Source of the DNA: Gemmatimonadota bacterium
GTDB lineage: Bacteria > 4572-55 > J002
NCBI GenBank assembly: GCA_003697105.1
Contig: RFFQ01000168.1
Coordinates: forward strand, 1 to 46,247
DNA: 46,247 nucleotides
Direction: 5' to 3'
The translations under genes were made by a program, and so were the position numbers. Below the pieces are notes generated by a model. The model saw only the letters and a program-made list of their open reading frames with translations. It was not told where the DNA came from and did no database searches. Every line of letters starts with the position of its first letter. Within the stretch, counting starts at the first letter, position 1. This document shows positions 24,601-39,600 of this stretch, one piece after another.

Positions 24601-27600
24601 TGTAAGTGGGTTCAGAAGTGGTGATCAGGCTATCGGTATTAGCCAGAGTTGGTCGTGCTGGGGCTTGGGTATCCGTGCGGACACTCCGCTGGGCAAACGC
24701 ACCGGTACCGGCAGTGGTACGGGCAATAATGTCAATCAGATAGGCTTTGGTGGTATCAGCAGGAACCGCCATTTCACCACTTATCCCGGGCTGGGTGTAC
24801 GTCCCGTTCCAAATGATATTTTGGGGATTGAGAGCTTCAAACGCCTGCCGCTCAGGGCTTTGGTAAACAAAATTATCGGGGTCTTGAACATCACGTACTA
24901 CAATCTGCACCGAGCAATCTTGTGACACATTAAAGCTGATTATTGTTTGATCATACAACAAGTCACCATTTGGGCTGAATGGATTCGGCGAGACCGAAAT
25001 GTCACTCAGGTTCATGTCACTCAAACTAACTTGGCGTACAACGGAGTAAGTAGGTCCGTTGCCAAACACGTCATATGCCCGCGCGATCAGGTAGTTTGCT
25101 GAATAGGGTAACTCGACCCCGCTAAATAGGAATTCACCAGTATTCGCGTCGGCAGTCGTTTCCCCCAACGGGATGGGCTGGGTGAGATCGCCGGTTTGGG
25201 GTGGAATCAAATTATTATCATCATCGATAAATAGTTCCACACGCGATTCTCGTTCGGCGGCACCCCGCACATCAATCGTCGCCGAGGTAGTGGGGCTGGG
25301 CAGATTGGCGATAACCGGTACGGCAGGTGGGCGGCGGTCGATTTCCACCGAGCCAAGTCCAGTAGCCGTCAAACCATCTTGGGTGAGCGTTACCCGAAAA
25401 GCAAAGGTGCTGTCGTGCCCATCCGGTACGACATACTGCCCGGAATTGTTTGTACCATCCCACTCAACGGTTTGTGGATTGTAAAACGCAAATTGCTGGT
25501 CACTCACCACCAGATTTTTAAGCACCGGTGGATTATCGGGGTTCGTCTCGATATCGACAATCTCCACACTGACGACACCATCAATGGAGATGTCATAGTT
25601 GAGTTCGGTGGTTTCATAGAAGCCATCTTCATTACCGGGGGCAAAGGTCACCGGAATTGCTTCCAGATTAGAGACATTTACCGGGCTAAGGGTGATGACC
25701 TGTTCCACCGGACTGCTACTATTTCCAACCGGATCGCGGGCAATCACCCGTAGGGTGTCATCGCCGACTTCCAGTTCCACACCGGGGAATTCAAAGCGAC
25801 CAGTCTCATCATTGACGGAGGCTTCTCCGAGCAGGTCGAATCCATCCGAAGAGGGTGTATTTAGGTAGATTTCGATTGTAGCACCCGGTTCGGCAGAGCC
25901 GGAGACAGTCACTGGCGACGAGGTTCGAGGGGAAGCTATCGCATCCAATACCGGCGGGTCTGGTGCGAACACATCAATATAAACGGGAGTTTCAATCTGC
26001 CCAAAGAAATCATCATTGACTTCATCATAGATATCCAAAATAAACCGGTAGTTGAACAAGCCGGGGTCTTGCCACGCGTAATCACCGGTAAAGAAGTTCC
26101 GCCCATCCCACCAGACTTCATGTCCTTCATTTTGGTTTTCGACGAAAAACTCATAAAAATCACCCGATGTAGCGCCGGTCAAAAAGTCAACGGGTTGGCT
26201 GCCGGTTAGTGTAACCACCCGCACCCGGATATTCGCACCTTCATTCGTGGTAAAGCGCACCCGGGCTCGATCTGCGTAATTATCCCCATTGGGACTAAAC
26301 GGATTCGGCACGACCGGCGGATCGAGGAACGCAATTTGGGCGGTACGGCGGTACTTCCGCACTTGATCCACCGGCGGCGTTGCCGAGCGGTTACCGAACG
26401 GGTCAACCGCGAAGATGAAGAAGAAATTCGCCCCTTCATTCACAGGAATGCCTGAAATTGAGAAAGTGCCCAGGTCATCAGCCGTACCTTCCGCAACCAG
26501 TTGCGGGTTCGTATTATCCAGATTGGCAAACAGACTATCATCATCAACATAAATTTCAATTGCCGAACCGGATTCCGTTGCTAACCCTTCAATCGTAATT
26601 TGATCCACATTGACAATGTAACTGCCCGGAATGGTGCGCGTCACAAACGGAATGGGGGGCGGTGCATTATCCACATTGACCACACCCCGCACACTGGCTA
26701 ATGCGCCACTGGTTCGGGCGGTAATCCGGTAGAAGAAAGGTTCTTCCCGATTTTGGGCGACATAAAAGCCCAGTGAATCACGCCCGTTCCAGCCAACCGA
26801 TTGGGTAAATCCCGGAAAGTTAAAGGTGTAATCTTGCAACAACCGAATTTCCTGCCCAAACGAATTTTCAATCGCCACCCGCACCGAACAATTTTGTGAC
26901 ACTTGGTATTGAATCTGAACACTATCCAAAATAGTGTCGTGATTTTGGGGAGAAAAGGTTTCGGGTTGGGCAGAATGGTCTTCAATCCGTAAATCGGTCA
27001 GGATCACCGCCCGTGGAGTTGACGGATCGGAGACATTTCCCTGCTCATCTGTTGCCACAGCAAAGAGGTAATTTGTGCCCACATGAGGCGAACCGGTATT
27101 ATCCACCAGATTTACGCCGGTAATCGTAAACGTACCGGTAATACCATCGGTTGTACCCGTACCTTGCAACGTGCGCGGGGTAATATCGCCACTATTGCTG
27201 AACGTCGGGTCGTCATCCACGTAAATTTGGATAGTGGTACCCCCTTCGGCGGTACCAAAGACATCAATACTCGAGGTGGCGAAAGACGACCCCGCTTCCG
27301 GTTCGATAATAGCCGGTGCGGGGGGTTCATCCGTATCAATAATCGCGGTGGTGACATCATCCGCGCTAAAATCACCGCTGGTGGCAATCACCCGGATCAG
27401 ATACGCCCCATCCGCCACAACACTACCGGCATTATTCCGCCCATTCCATGCAAAGGTTTGCGGGCTGAGGACAGCATACTGGCGACCGAGCAAGGTGTCC
27501 AGAACGGCATTCGCCGGATTATCAATCGGTGCAATCCGAACCCGAATATCGGCATCCTGAGAGATACCATAGCTAACCGTTGTAAAATCGGAACGTCCAT

Positions 27601-30600
27601 CACCATTGGGGCTGAACGCATTGGGTGTCGCACTGATTTCCGTGATAAAGAGATCGGTCAAGACGGCCAGAACTTTGGTCGAAATTGGACCGGTATTGAA
27701 GTAGGCATCCGTGGCACTTGCCCAGATATAGTTTGTGCCGATTTGGAGGGGCACAGAGGCTTCAAATACACCGGTCTGGGCATTGGCGGTGGTTTCACCC
27801 ACCAAAACCGGATTGACGAGATCGGTGGTATCGGGATCGGTGTAAATTTCAACGATTGCGTTCGGTTCTGCTGTTCCGCGCACGGTAATGGATTGAGCCG
27901 TAGCATACGTGGTATCCCCCGGAGCGGGGAAGTTAAAGACCGGTGCGGCAGGCGGTGTCACATCTACAATCACCCGCTGGCGGGTCTGGACGGTATTATT
28001 TCCATTGCCGACCGCTTGGATAAAGAAGAAGTAATCGGTCACATTCGGCAGAATCGATGCGGGTGAAGGTGCCCATGTCACCGTTTGGGGATTAATTTCC
28101 GGATCGAGCATGACATTATTTAGCAAGGTGGCACCGGGTAAGTCGTTGAAAATCCCGCCACTGTAATACTGCATTTTCACGGTCACCAATGCCGCTTCAC
28201 TGATTTCAAAACTGAGCCGGGCTTGTTCTAAGATGTTGTCGCCATTCGGGCTGAATGCTTCCGGTGGAGCGGGTACAACTGCCGCATTTTCCACCACCAG
28301 TCCACTAATTTGAAGTTCATCCGTTACAGCGAAACCGGATTCATTGTAGTACGCATCCCGCGCTTTCACATGAACAAAATTACTGCCTTCATTGAGTTCA
28401 ACCGGTGCTTCCCACTGTCCGGTTAGCGCATCCGCGGTGACCTCCGTTACAAAATCCGTATCCGTGGGGGGCGCGTTGGTATCGGTGCGGTACAACAGCA
28501 CCGTCGCCGAGGGTTCCGCCGTACCACGCAAGGTAAACGGATTAACCCGAACCAATTGCGCCGCACCGTTGGTGATTACCGGCGTCCCCGGAGCCGTGCG
28601 ATCAATTTCAAGCGGTACAAACACTTCCGTAAACACATTGCCATCCAGAACCGATTCCGCTCTGAATTTGAGAACGTATGGTCCGGTTGATAACGTTTGG
28701 GAGGCACTTCCCGGCACCTCGCACGTGCCACTGACACGACCGCGACCATCCCACACAAAGGTGTGCGGATTCAACTCGCTCTGGACCCCATTCTGTTGGG
28801 CAACAAAGCGGTAATTCTGCCCGAGACTATCCGCCCAGCAGATGCGGACATTGGCATCTTCGGAGACATCATACGTGATCGTGGTGGTGCGCGGAAATCC
28901 ATCTGGATTGAAAACCGGCGCGGAAATGGACGTTACCGTAAAGCTAATATCCGTTAAAATAACTTTGCGAACATAATTATCGGTAAACGTACTGGGGTTC
29001 GAGGGTGCTAACGGCGGATCGGATAGATTACCGGCCACATCGCGTACCCGCGTAAAGAACCAGTTTTCGCCGGGTTCAACCGGCACGGAGGTTTCAAAGA
29101 AGCCGGTTTGCGCATCGGCGGTCACTTCCGCTACCAGCACCGGCGCCGCGGCGGTTTCCGTCGAGCCCGGCGGATAGAACGGATTTTGACGCGGATTATA
29201 ATCATCATCCCGATAAATATAGACAATTGAACTGCGTTCTGCCGCGCCTTGTAGTGTAATAGACGTTTCAGAGGTGGAGCGCACCGGTTCATTGAGCAAA
29301 GCCGCCGCCGGCGGAACCAGATCGCTGGAAACCGTACCGAGTACTTCGGCACGAACCGGTGAGCCGCTCGGGTTCGGGCTAAGACGAATCCGGTAGCGAA
29401 AATCTCGCACTTCCGCATTGACGGGAATCGTAACCGACCCATTGGGGAATTGGATATCCAGCGGCACACCCCCTAATTGCAGACCATCGCTATAACTACG
29501 TAATTCATGATCCCATTCGGTAGGTGTCGTCAGATCATCAAATTGAATCCGCACATACGCATCTTGCGAAAGTTCATAGCTCAACACCGTATAATCGTTA
29601 AATCCATTACCTAAACCATTGCCACTTTCCGGGCTAAACGGTGTCGGCAACGCACTATGGCTCGTTACATTGAGGATCGAAAGAACAACTGTATCCGCCA
29701 CCGAAGGTGCCGAAGTATTAAACACCGCATCGGTTGCCGTTACAAACAGGCCATAGGGGATTCCCGCCTGCGGGATCGTCACCGGAATCGAAAAATTGCC
29801 CACCGCATCGGAATTACCGCTGTTGACCACGGTGGTATCGCTCCCCTCGCTATATAGATAAACCTCCACGGTCGAATTGGGGTCTGTCAAGCCTTCCACG
29901 TTGAGATTCGCTGATGGAATAATGGGGTCTAGGTCGAATAATGTCGGGCGAGTCGGAGCCCGAAGGTCCATCACAAACGCCCCAAAAACCGGCGGGGATA
30001 CGCGCCGCTGATCGCCGGCGGTGATTCGGAAGCGGTAGATCGTCTCCGCACTATCGATAATACCTCCCGCCCCATTCCAATATTCGCGGAGGGTGACCCC
30101 ACCCGGGCGATACTCTCCTTGAATCAGCGTATCGACGGGAGTTCCACTTTGATTCAAAATCACAATAGTGACTGAATCCGCACCTGCATCGGGAGTAATC
30201 ACGTATTCCACGGCGACGCTATCCAAACGCCCATCCGCATTGGGTGAAAAGACTTCTGGATTGGCAGTGGCGGAAACAACACCCACCTGCGAATAAAAGA
30301 CAAATCCCGTATCTGCCGGACTCGGTCCATTGAAGACCGCATCAATTGCTTCCACAAATAGATAATTATCTTCCGTATCTTCTAACAATTGAACGCCATT
30401 GACGGTAAAATTACCAGTAATATCCTCCGCAACAGCCTCATTGGTCTGTTGGATGGGTGGAGTCGCATCATTCCCCTGTACAAAAAGGGAATCATCATCT
30501 ACCCAAACCCGGATAGTGGCACCGGGTTCAGCAACCCCAAACACATCCACCGTTGCTTGAATCACCGGACTTGCCGGACGGGTGCCCGAAATACGCGGTT

Positions 30601-33600
30601 GTGGTGGAGCTTGGTTATCCACAATAACCGACTGGGTTTGCGAGAAGACAATATCGCCCACCCGCACCGTCACGGTGTAGAGAAAAACGCTGGTCGAATC
30701 TTGCGCGACAAAATTCCCATTTTGATCCCGCCCATCCCAGACCACTTGCTGCGGGTTTGCGGCGGCATAACGATTCGAGGAATCGATCACGGCAATGGGC
30801 GTATTGGGGTCCTCGATACGGAAAATGGAAACGCGGGTAGAGCAATCTTCCGAAACATTAAAGGTAATGGTGGTAAAATCAAACAATCCATTTGTATCTG
30901 CCGGGGAGAAGGTAGCCGGCGTCGCGGTTAGATTTTCAATGCGGACTTCGCTCAACGTCACATGGACGGGAGTGCTGAGGGTATCGCTATTGCCTACCGC
31001 ATCGGTTGTAATAACGGTGATATAGTTATTACCTACTTCTAAATTGACATTTTCAGTGGAAAATAAACCGGTCACATCATCAGCATCTTGGATATCCCCT
31101 TGATCTACCGGTGGGGTGACATCACCCGGTTGAACAAATAGCGAGTCATTATCAACAAAAATTTGGATACTGGCGCCGGCTTCCGTTCGACCCGCCACCC
31201 GAATCGGATTTTGATTGACAAAAATATCCTGCGGTGGATACGTCACAATCAAGGTCTGTGGGGCTTCGGTATCAATCACAAAGGTACCCCGACCGGAGGT
31301 CGTGAAGTTTTGCAATTCCGCCACGATGAGGAATTGGTACACCCCATCGTCTAAAATCCCATCATTATTCGCATCGTAAGTCGGATTATTGACCCAAGCG
31401 GCGTTCAACGTACCGTCCCACGTTTCGGCGCTGTTTAGCACTTGAAATCGTTGTTGCCGCTCAATAACCGTTGCCAGCGTATCCACATCGGCCAAGTCTT
31501 TGATATAGACCGAAACAAGGGCATCATCCGAAAGTGAATAGGAAATGGTAATAAGGTCAAATAGCGCATCCCCGTTTGGCGAAAATCGCTCTGGAGTGGC
31601 TTGTTGGTTGCTGATGGCTAAATCGGTGAGGCGCACCCGTAAGGTATCCGAATACCCGGAGTAATTGCCGACCGGGTCTAAGGATCGCGCCGAAATATAG
31701 TTATAACCGCTGGCAAGAGGGATATCCGCCTCAAACCGTCCATCCACATCGGCAACCGGTAAAGTGCCTTCCAGCAAATTACGCCCGTTGTCATTATCAA
31801 CCCAAATTTCGATTTCTGCCCCAGGTTCAGCGCCACTCCCGCGCAAAACAACCGATTCCGTGGAGACCACCGAATCTCCCAAGACGGTAATCAGCGGAGT
31901 CGGCGGCGACAACAAGTCCGCTTGGACAAATCCCGTACCGGTTGCCACCAGGTCACCCACCTGTGCAGAGACCACAAACCGGTACAGCGTTTCGGAACTA
32001 TCCGTGGCGGCAATCTGTCCGGCGTTGTTTTGCCCGTTCCAAATTTCATTGATAACGACACCCCCTCGCCGGAACTGATCCGTAATCAGATTGCGCACCA
32101 GCGTATCCGTTTGTGCATCATAAATATCGATAGAAACGGATGCCCCGTTGGGATCAGAAATTTGATACTGAATATTGGTCACATCCACAATTCCGTCGCC
32201 GTTCGGGCTAAACGGGTCGGGTAAGGCTTGTACGGAAGCCAAATTCAGATCGGCAACGGTTAAAATAATAAAATTAGAAAATCCGGATCGATTTCCAACC
32301 GGATCGACTGCGCGGGCATAGATTGAGTTCACGCCCTGATTGAGGGTCAGATCGGCGCTGAATGTTCCATCTTCATTGAGGGAAAATTCGCCCTGTAAGA
32401 GGCGCTGAGAATTTTGGGGCGTGCTATCCCCATCAGCTTCAACCCAAATCTGAACTACGGTTGTGGGATCAAAATCCGCATCAATGGGCACAAATCCATC
32501 GATGGTCAAATTGGTCACAGTGAACAATGTATCTTCTGGGGCGATAAGTACCGGTGCTTGGGGCGGAGTGCGATCCACCGTGACATAGTCTTCCCGATAG
32601 ACTTCACGTTGCCCATCATTTGCGATAATACGGGCACGGTATAAGCCGGAGGCAACCAATGCTCCGGTGCTATCCTGACCATTCCAAATACGCCGGTTGG
32701 GGTTATTGCCAATCAACTGGTATTGGGCGGGTAAGCGGTGCACCAGATTTCCACTGGCTTCGTTATAAATATGGACCGAGACTGAGCAATTTTTGCTCAG
32801 GCTATAGCGAATCACCGTACTATCTTTGACACCATTTCCATCGGGTCCGAACGGGTTGGGGGAGATCGCCAGATCATTGATCTGGATCGTGCTTAAATTG
32901 ACCGTTCGTAGCGCCGACCGGGCGGACGGATTCCGTTGGGCATCGCGTGCAATGGCAAAGAGGTCATTATCCCCTTCCACCAATCCCGTAATCGTAAACT
33001 CAAAGTTTCCATTGGTCTCGTCTGCTGTACCCGAACCCATGAGGGTGCTATCACCATTGGCTTCCAGCCGGTAGATTTCCACCGTGGCGCTGCGTTCGGC
33101 GGCACCTTCCACCGTAATCGAGGAGGTCACTACCGGTGAGGCGGGCGCCGCAAAGAAGGGGGGCGGCGGGGGGCGGTTATCCACCCGAATAACATTATCA
33201 TTGGAGACAAATTGATAGTTTTCAATCGATCCCTGAATCGTAAGCTTAAACGTTGTGTCAATCGGTGCACCTACTGCGCTGCCCGGCTGGCCGCCATTTA
33301 CACGCCCATCCCATTGGATAAGTTGGTCGCCGGCGGTCTGGTAAACGGGACCATAACTCCACACCAAATTGGTTTCCGTGGCGTCATAGACAAAAACCCG
33401 CACACTACAATCCGCACTGAGCGTATATTCAATTTGGACACTATCGTTGAAGGCATCCCCATTGGGTGAGAAGGGGTTCGGCAACAGGGTGACATTTGCA
33501 ATACTCAGCTCCGTTAGGGTCAATTGGACAACATTGGAATAATCCGTCGGGTTACTATTGCCCACCGCATCCACGGTGATACCGTAAACATCATAATCCC

Positions 33601-36600
33601 CGGGTTCATCCAGCGGAACACTGACCTCAAACTGACCCGTCTCCGTCACATCCACGCTGAGAGTCTCCACAATGATATTGTTTGCCGGGGTCGAATCACC
33701 AAACGCTTCGATAAAAATTTGGACCGTAGCGCCCGGTTCAGCGGAGCCGGTCAATGTCACCGGACTTTCGGAAACTGTCGTGAATAGCGGTTGGTTGAGC
33801 TGCGGCGCTTCCGGAGCAGTTAAATCCACTTCCACCAGCGCGGTTTGACTCACGGGGACCGTATTTGCATTAAATCGAGCACTGATCAACACGCCAAAGA
33901 CATCACTGGAATCAACAAACCCATCGCCGTTGGGGTCCACCTCATCTTGTAGGGTTTGGGTGACGGCATCAACCGAGCCGTCCCAAATGCGAGAGCGCAG
34001 CGAGTTCGGTGTTTCAGCAACCGATCCATCCAGAATCGTCTGAATAACACTATCGACACTGCCCTTAAAAATCTGTAAGGTCACAAAAACATCATTCGCT
34101 TGGGCAGAGTTGATCTGGTAACGGATAAACGTCCGGTCTAGTACATTGTTGGAATCTGGGCTAAACGGGGTCGGTTCAACGGTGAGGGTACCCACAGAGA
34201 GGTCAGAATAAAATACTTCGTAAGGTGCGATCATCCGGGTGGGTCCGTTACCGACCGCATCTAATGCTTGAGTTGTGATGTAATTGGTAATACCGGGTAA
34301 CAAGTTCACCGTACCGCTGTATGTGCCTGTGGGGGACAATGCGGTTGTGGTGGCACTTTCCTGAAGAATTGGTGGGGTATTATCCAACGAATCCACAAAA
34401 ACGGCATCATCATCCACATAAAATTCGACGGTTGCTTCCGGTTCGGTAATCCCTTCCACGAGAATCGACGGTTGGGTCACCGGTGATGCGGGGACGGTAC
34501 GATTGATGGAGATCAAGCCCGGGGCGCGGGTATCCACTCGCACCACACCACTGGCAGAGACCGTGGTGGTGGAATCGGTCGCCGCCACAGCGGTAATTTG
34601 GTAGCGATAAAGCCGGTCGGTGCCATCCGGGGGATAAAACGGTGCGGCATAATTCACGGAATCTCGCCCATCCCAGAAGAGTTGTTGGCTACCAACCGCC
34701 GAAAATTGAAGCGTGCTATCCAGCAAAGTCCAAACGGGCGCTGTGCCACCGACTTCAAAGATTTGAACGGTTACATAGGCATCCAACGACAACTCATAAC
34801 TGATAACGGTGCTATCAACCACCCCATCGGCATTCGGGCTGAACGGATCGGGTTCAACGTTCACATTTGCAATATTGAGCGGGCTGAGAATCACGCGGAA
34901 CGGATCCGACGCCACAGAGGTATTCCCTTGCGGGTCGGTTGCCAGTGCAAACACATAATTATTGCCCGGCACCAAGTTTACACCGCTTTGTTGCCACTGA
35001 CCCACATTGTCGGCGGTTGTTTCACCGATCAGTTGGGGTTGGTCGCCGCGTTCGGTGGCTTCGGTAAAATTATCATCATCATCAACCCATACTTCAATGG
35101 TGTTATTCGGGTCTGACACACCTTCGACAGTAATCGGCGTCTGGGTAACGGGTGAGCGGGGGATAGATCGGGCAATGGTCGGTTGTACCGGAGGTTGGGT
35201 ATCGATTGTGACGGCTAACGAAGTGGAAGCAGAAAGCCCGCTGGGCAAGTTCGCATCAATCCGGATCAGATAAAACCCATCATCAGCGATACCATTGTTA
35301 TCCGCATCGGCATAGGTGGAATCTGTACGCCCATCCCACCGGACGACATGCGGATTCAGCACTTCGTAGAGAAATGTACGGGGCTGAAGTGTTCGCACCA
35401 AGCGTCCATCGGGGAGCTCGACTCGCACCGTAACCGAACAATCTGTGCTGACTTCAAAGGTAACGGTGGTGCTATCAAAAATCCCATCCCCTACCGGCAC
35501 GGCACCCGTCGCCGGACTAAAAATAGACGGCACAGCTTCAGGGTTATTGATCGTCAAATCCGGGGAGAAGAAGGTATATACTTGATTGGAAGCACTCGCT
35601 CGATTCCCTACGGCATCCCGGGCAATCGCGTAGATAAAGTTATCACCGGTAGTACTGGCAGATTCTGACTCATACAGTTGCACCGGTGTCGTAAACGAAC
35701 CTTGCTCCGGGATTTCCACAATTTGGCGCAACAAAGGTGGAGTAAAATCATTGGACTGGTTGATCACACTATCATCATCCACATAAACATAGGCAAAACT
35801 ACTGGCATCGCCCGCACCTTCTACCGTAATTGGATTGACTGTTGTGACAGAATCCGGTTGTGTTAGCCGAATGATTGCCGGTGGTACATTATCCACAATC
35901 ACCGGAGCGAACCCGGTCACCGTAATGTTCCCATTCTTCAACACAATTTCAAAACGAAACGGGTGATTTTCCGTATCCGGAACATTGATACCGCTAACCG
36001 AGGTATCCGGTTGCCACGATTGGACATGCGTCACTCCGCCGATCCGGAAAGCGGACGTCAGCAACGTATCGACTCTCGTTCCGGTGAGGGCATCTTGCAC
36101 ATAAATACTGACACTGTCCACATCTTCGGAGAGTGTGTATTCCAAAAAGGTTTCATCCAGCGTATTATCACCATTCGGACTAAATACAAACGGCGTCGCG
36201 ATAGCCTCATCAATATTTAATTCGGTTAGGCGGATACGCAACAAAGTGGAGGCACTGGCCGCGGAACGATTCCCGGCGGCATCGGTCACAAAACCGTACA
36301 CATCATACGATCCGGCGCCTTCTAATTGGAAGTCGAGGGTGAATCGACCGCTCTCGGTGAGTGTACCTTCTGCCCCCGTTGGAGAGACGGCTAACTGGTT
36401 GCCAATAATGCCATCTCCGTCATTTTCCCGGTAGAGTTTCACGAACGCGTTCGGTTCCGCATATCCTTCTAGTTGGAAGCTATTCAACGCCGTGAGGGTA
36501 TCTTGAATCCCATCGCCATCCAAGTCAAACGAAATATGGAGAGTATCTGGTGGGATGTTATCGACCCGGACAAAGCCCGGTGCACTTTGAACCACCGTGC

Positions 36601-39600
36601 CATTATCATCTAAAGCATAGACGATATACCGATATTGGATGTCAATGTTACCGGGATTTGCCGGCGCCCAAACCAGTGAATTCGGGTTATTGACCACAAA
36701 TTGTTGTCCGGTACGTACGGTATCACGGATGCTCGTCGCATTGATCCGGTTAAACACAATCCAAACGGAATCGGCATCAGCACTGAGATTGTAAATAATC
36801 CGGGTTTGATCGCGGAAACCATCATCATTGGGAGAAATGGCGTCTAATGACTGCCCCAGCAGTTCTATGGAGAGTGACGTGCGATAAATACTATCCGGTA
36901 GGGAGAATGCCGAGACATTCCCCACAGGATCAAGGGCACGCACAATAAAGCGGTTCCAGCCGGTATCTAAGGGGAAATCCGTCACTTGCCAGACGCCGGT
37001 GAAGGGGTCTGAGACGGGGTTTGTTCCCACATCCACCAGTGTGGTATCCCGAGAGCCGTCCTCATTCACGGTAATGCGATAAATTTCGACTTCCGCCCCG
37101 CCTTCAGAGACCGCGCCTTGCAAAGTGGTGGTTTCGCGAGTGGTGGTTTCGTCCTCAATGGTCAAAACAACTTCATCCGGGGCTTCTCGGTCCACCCGAA
37201 TGGTGCGGTACGCCACCGCTTCTACGCCAGTACCCGCCTGACGCGCCGTAATTCGGAAGAAATAGGTCGAATCCTCTCCAGCACTAAAGCCGGCAGCGGA
37301 TAACCCTTGTCCTTGCCAAATCCGCTCCTGCGGGTTATTCGATTCAAGTTCAAAGGCGTTCGGCGTTTCAACTGCCGCGACAACACTGCTCGGTGTGCCA
37401 TCAGGGTTGATCCGGAGCACGTCCACTGAAACCGTCGCATCATCCGAAAGGTTGTATGATAGCAACGTCCGATCAGCAAAACCATCCCCATCCGTCGGGT
37501 TTGGGAGACCCGGGCTGAACGGGTTGGGAGAAATACTGTTCACACTGATGTTAAACGAGGATAAAATCGCCACGAGTGCCGTATCCGACGGGGCAAATAG
37601 TACGCGCGAGATGGGTGAAATATTGCCCACGGCATCAACTACCCGCGCCGAAACCAAGTTCCGTCCATCATAAATCGGGACGGTCGTCGCGGTAAATTCT
37701 CCCAACGGGTCAATGGTAATCCCCGTTAGACTATCGACGCGTGCAATCTGATTTTCATCGGTATAGTGGGTGTAAATCCGCAAACTGGCACCGGGCTCTG
37801 CCGTACCGCTGACGGTAATCGGTTGACTGGTAAAAAGCGAGTCAGAAAATGGGTTTAGCGTCGGTGCGCTGGGCGCTTGCAAATCCAAGACGACTTGTAC
37901 CTGTTCCGAGATAAAATAGGTATCGTTAGAATCTTGTTTAGCGGTAAATCGGATATTGTACACCCGTTGTTCACCCACCAGCGCGGGGAACGCACCAGCG
38001 GGACCGCCCCACGTAAAGCTATTGATGCCTGCCGGTTGGTTAATGAACCCGGTACCTCCGACCGTCACACCGGTAAACGCATCTTCTATGGTCACCGCTA
38101 CCTGCGCCGCTTGAGACAACCCATATTGCACCCGCACGGAATCCCGAATATTATCCCCGTTCGGGCTAAACCGGTCAAACAGGGCGGTGGGAAGTTGGGT
38201 AAATGAAAGTGAAATTTTGCGCAAGAAAATGGGGTCCGAAATGGCACTATCGGCAACGGTCTGCCAGCTATTAAACATTTCATCAGTCACGGTGACAAAC
38301 ACATAATTCACCCCATCATTCAACTGATCCGGGTTGATCGACGCGGTAAAAATACCATCGTCATCGCTGATTACTGAGGTGAGAAACACCGGTGGGGTGG
38401 AATCCGAAGTTTTTTGAACAAATGACGAGTCATCGTCATCAAAATAGAAATCAATGGTGGCGTTGACTTCTGGTAAACCGCGTTGATCGGTTACCGTTCC
38501 CCGTAACAAGATGGTTTCCGTAATAATGGAATCTGGCTGGATCAAAATTGGTTTTGCTGACGGTGCGTTATCTAATATTAGGATACCTTCGGCACTGGCT
38601 TGCACCGCATCGGGGTCTTCGATATCAACGGCTAAAATTTGGTATCGCAGGGTTTCACGATGGTTATTGGGTGGGGCAACGGCCGCACCGCCTCCAACAC
38701 CCCAATCCAGCCCGCGCGCATAGCCGTTCCACGTCAGTTCTTGCGGATTTTCGGATTCCCGCTGAAGAACTCGCGTTTCCGGCAGACCCGGAGTTTGGGT
38801 TAGGACGGTTCCATCTTCCCGCGTAATCGTCACGGTCACATTAGCATCTTCGGACAAATTATACCGGAAGATGACATTATCCCGCAAGTTATCGCCATTC
38901 GGGCTGAACCCTGGGGTGAGGTCCCGGAACGTCGGTGAAATCGAGGTCACATTGATGTTCAAGGTGGAAAGATTTGTCCGGTAGTTGGCATCATTTTTCT
39001 GCACGGTACGCAAGGCTTCAATGGAAGAGTTACCATAAGGGTCTGTAGCAACTGCCCAAAAATAACGCCATCCTTCTGGATTTTCATCCAAAGTCCCTAA
39101 CCGGAGCGAGACCGCAGCGGTAAAAAATTGACCGGTCTCATCCGCAATAATGTTCCCCGTAATTGCCTGCAACGGCAAAGAACCGGAAGTTTCATTGACA
39201 AACAGAGAATCATCATCCACATAAATTTGAACTTCGCTACCGGGTTCAGCAATTCCCGCAATAGAGATCGGAAAAGAGGTTACGGAGGGTCCGGCAAAAT
39301 AACCACTATCAGTAGCCGCATTATAGGGAAAGTCCACATCCAGAACAACCGGAGCACCCGCAATGTGGGTAATTTCCGGAATATCTGGATCGTTCGTATC
39401 GACAATAAATGACGCGGTGGGTTGAGAAACCGGCTGTCCGTTCAAATAGGCAATCGCGCGAATGATATAGAGGCTATCGGTTTCCGCACCCCCTTTGATA
39501 TAGTTTCGGCTACCAATTAAGGTAAAAGCAGTTGAATCTAAGACCGTTCCCCCATTGGTTACCAGTTCTTCACGGCTACCATCCCATGCCGGAGTGGTGA

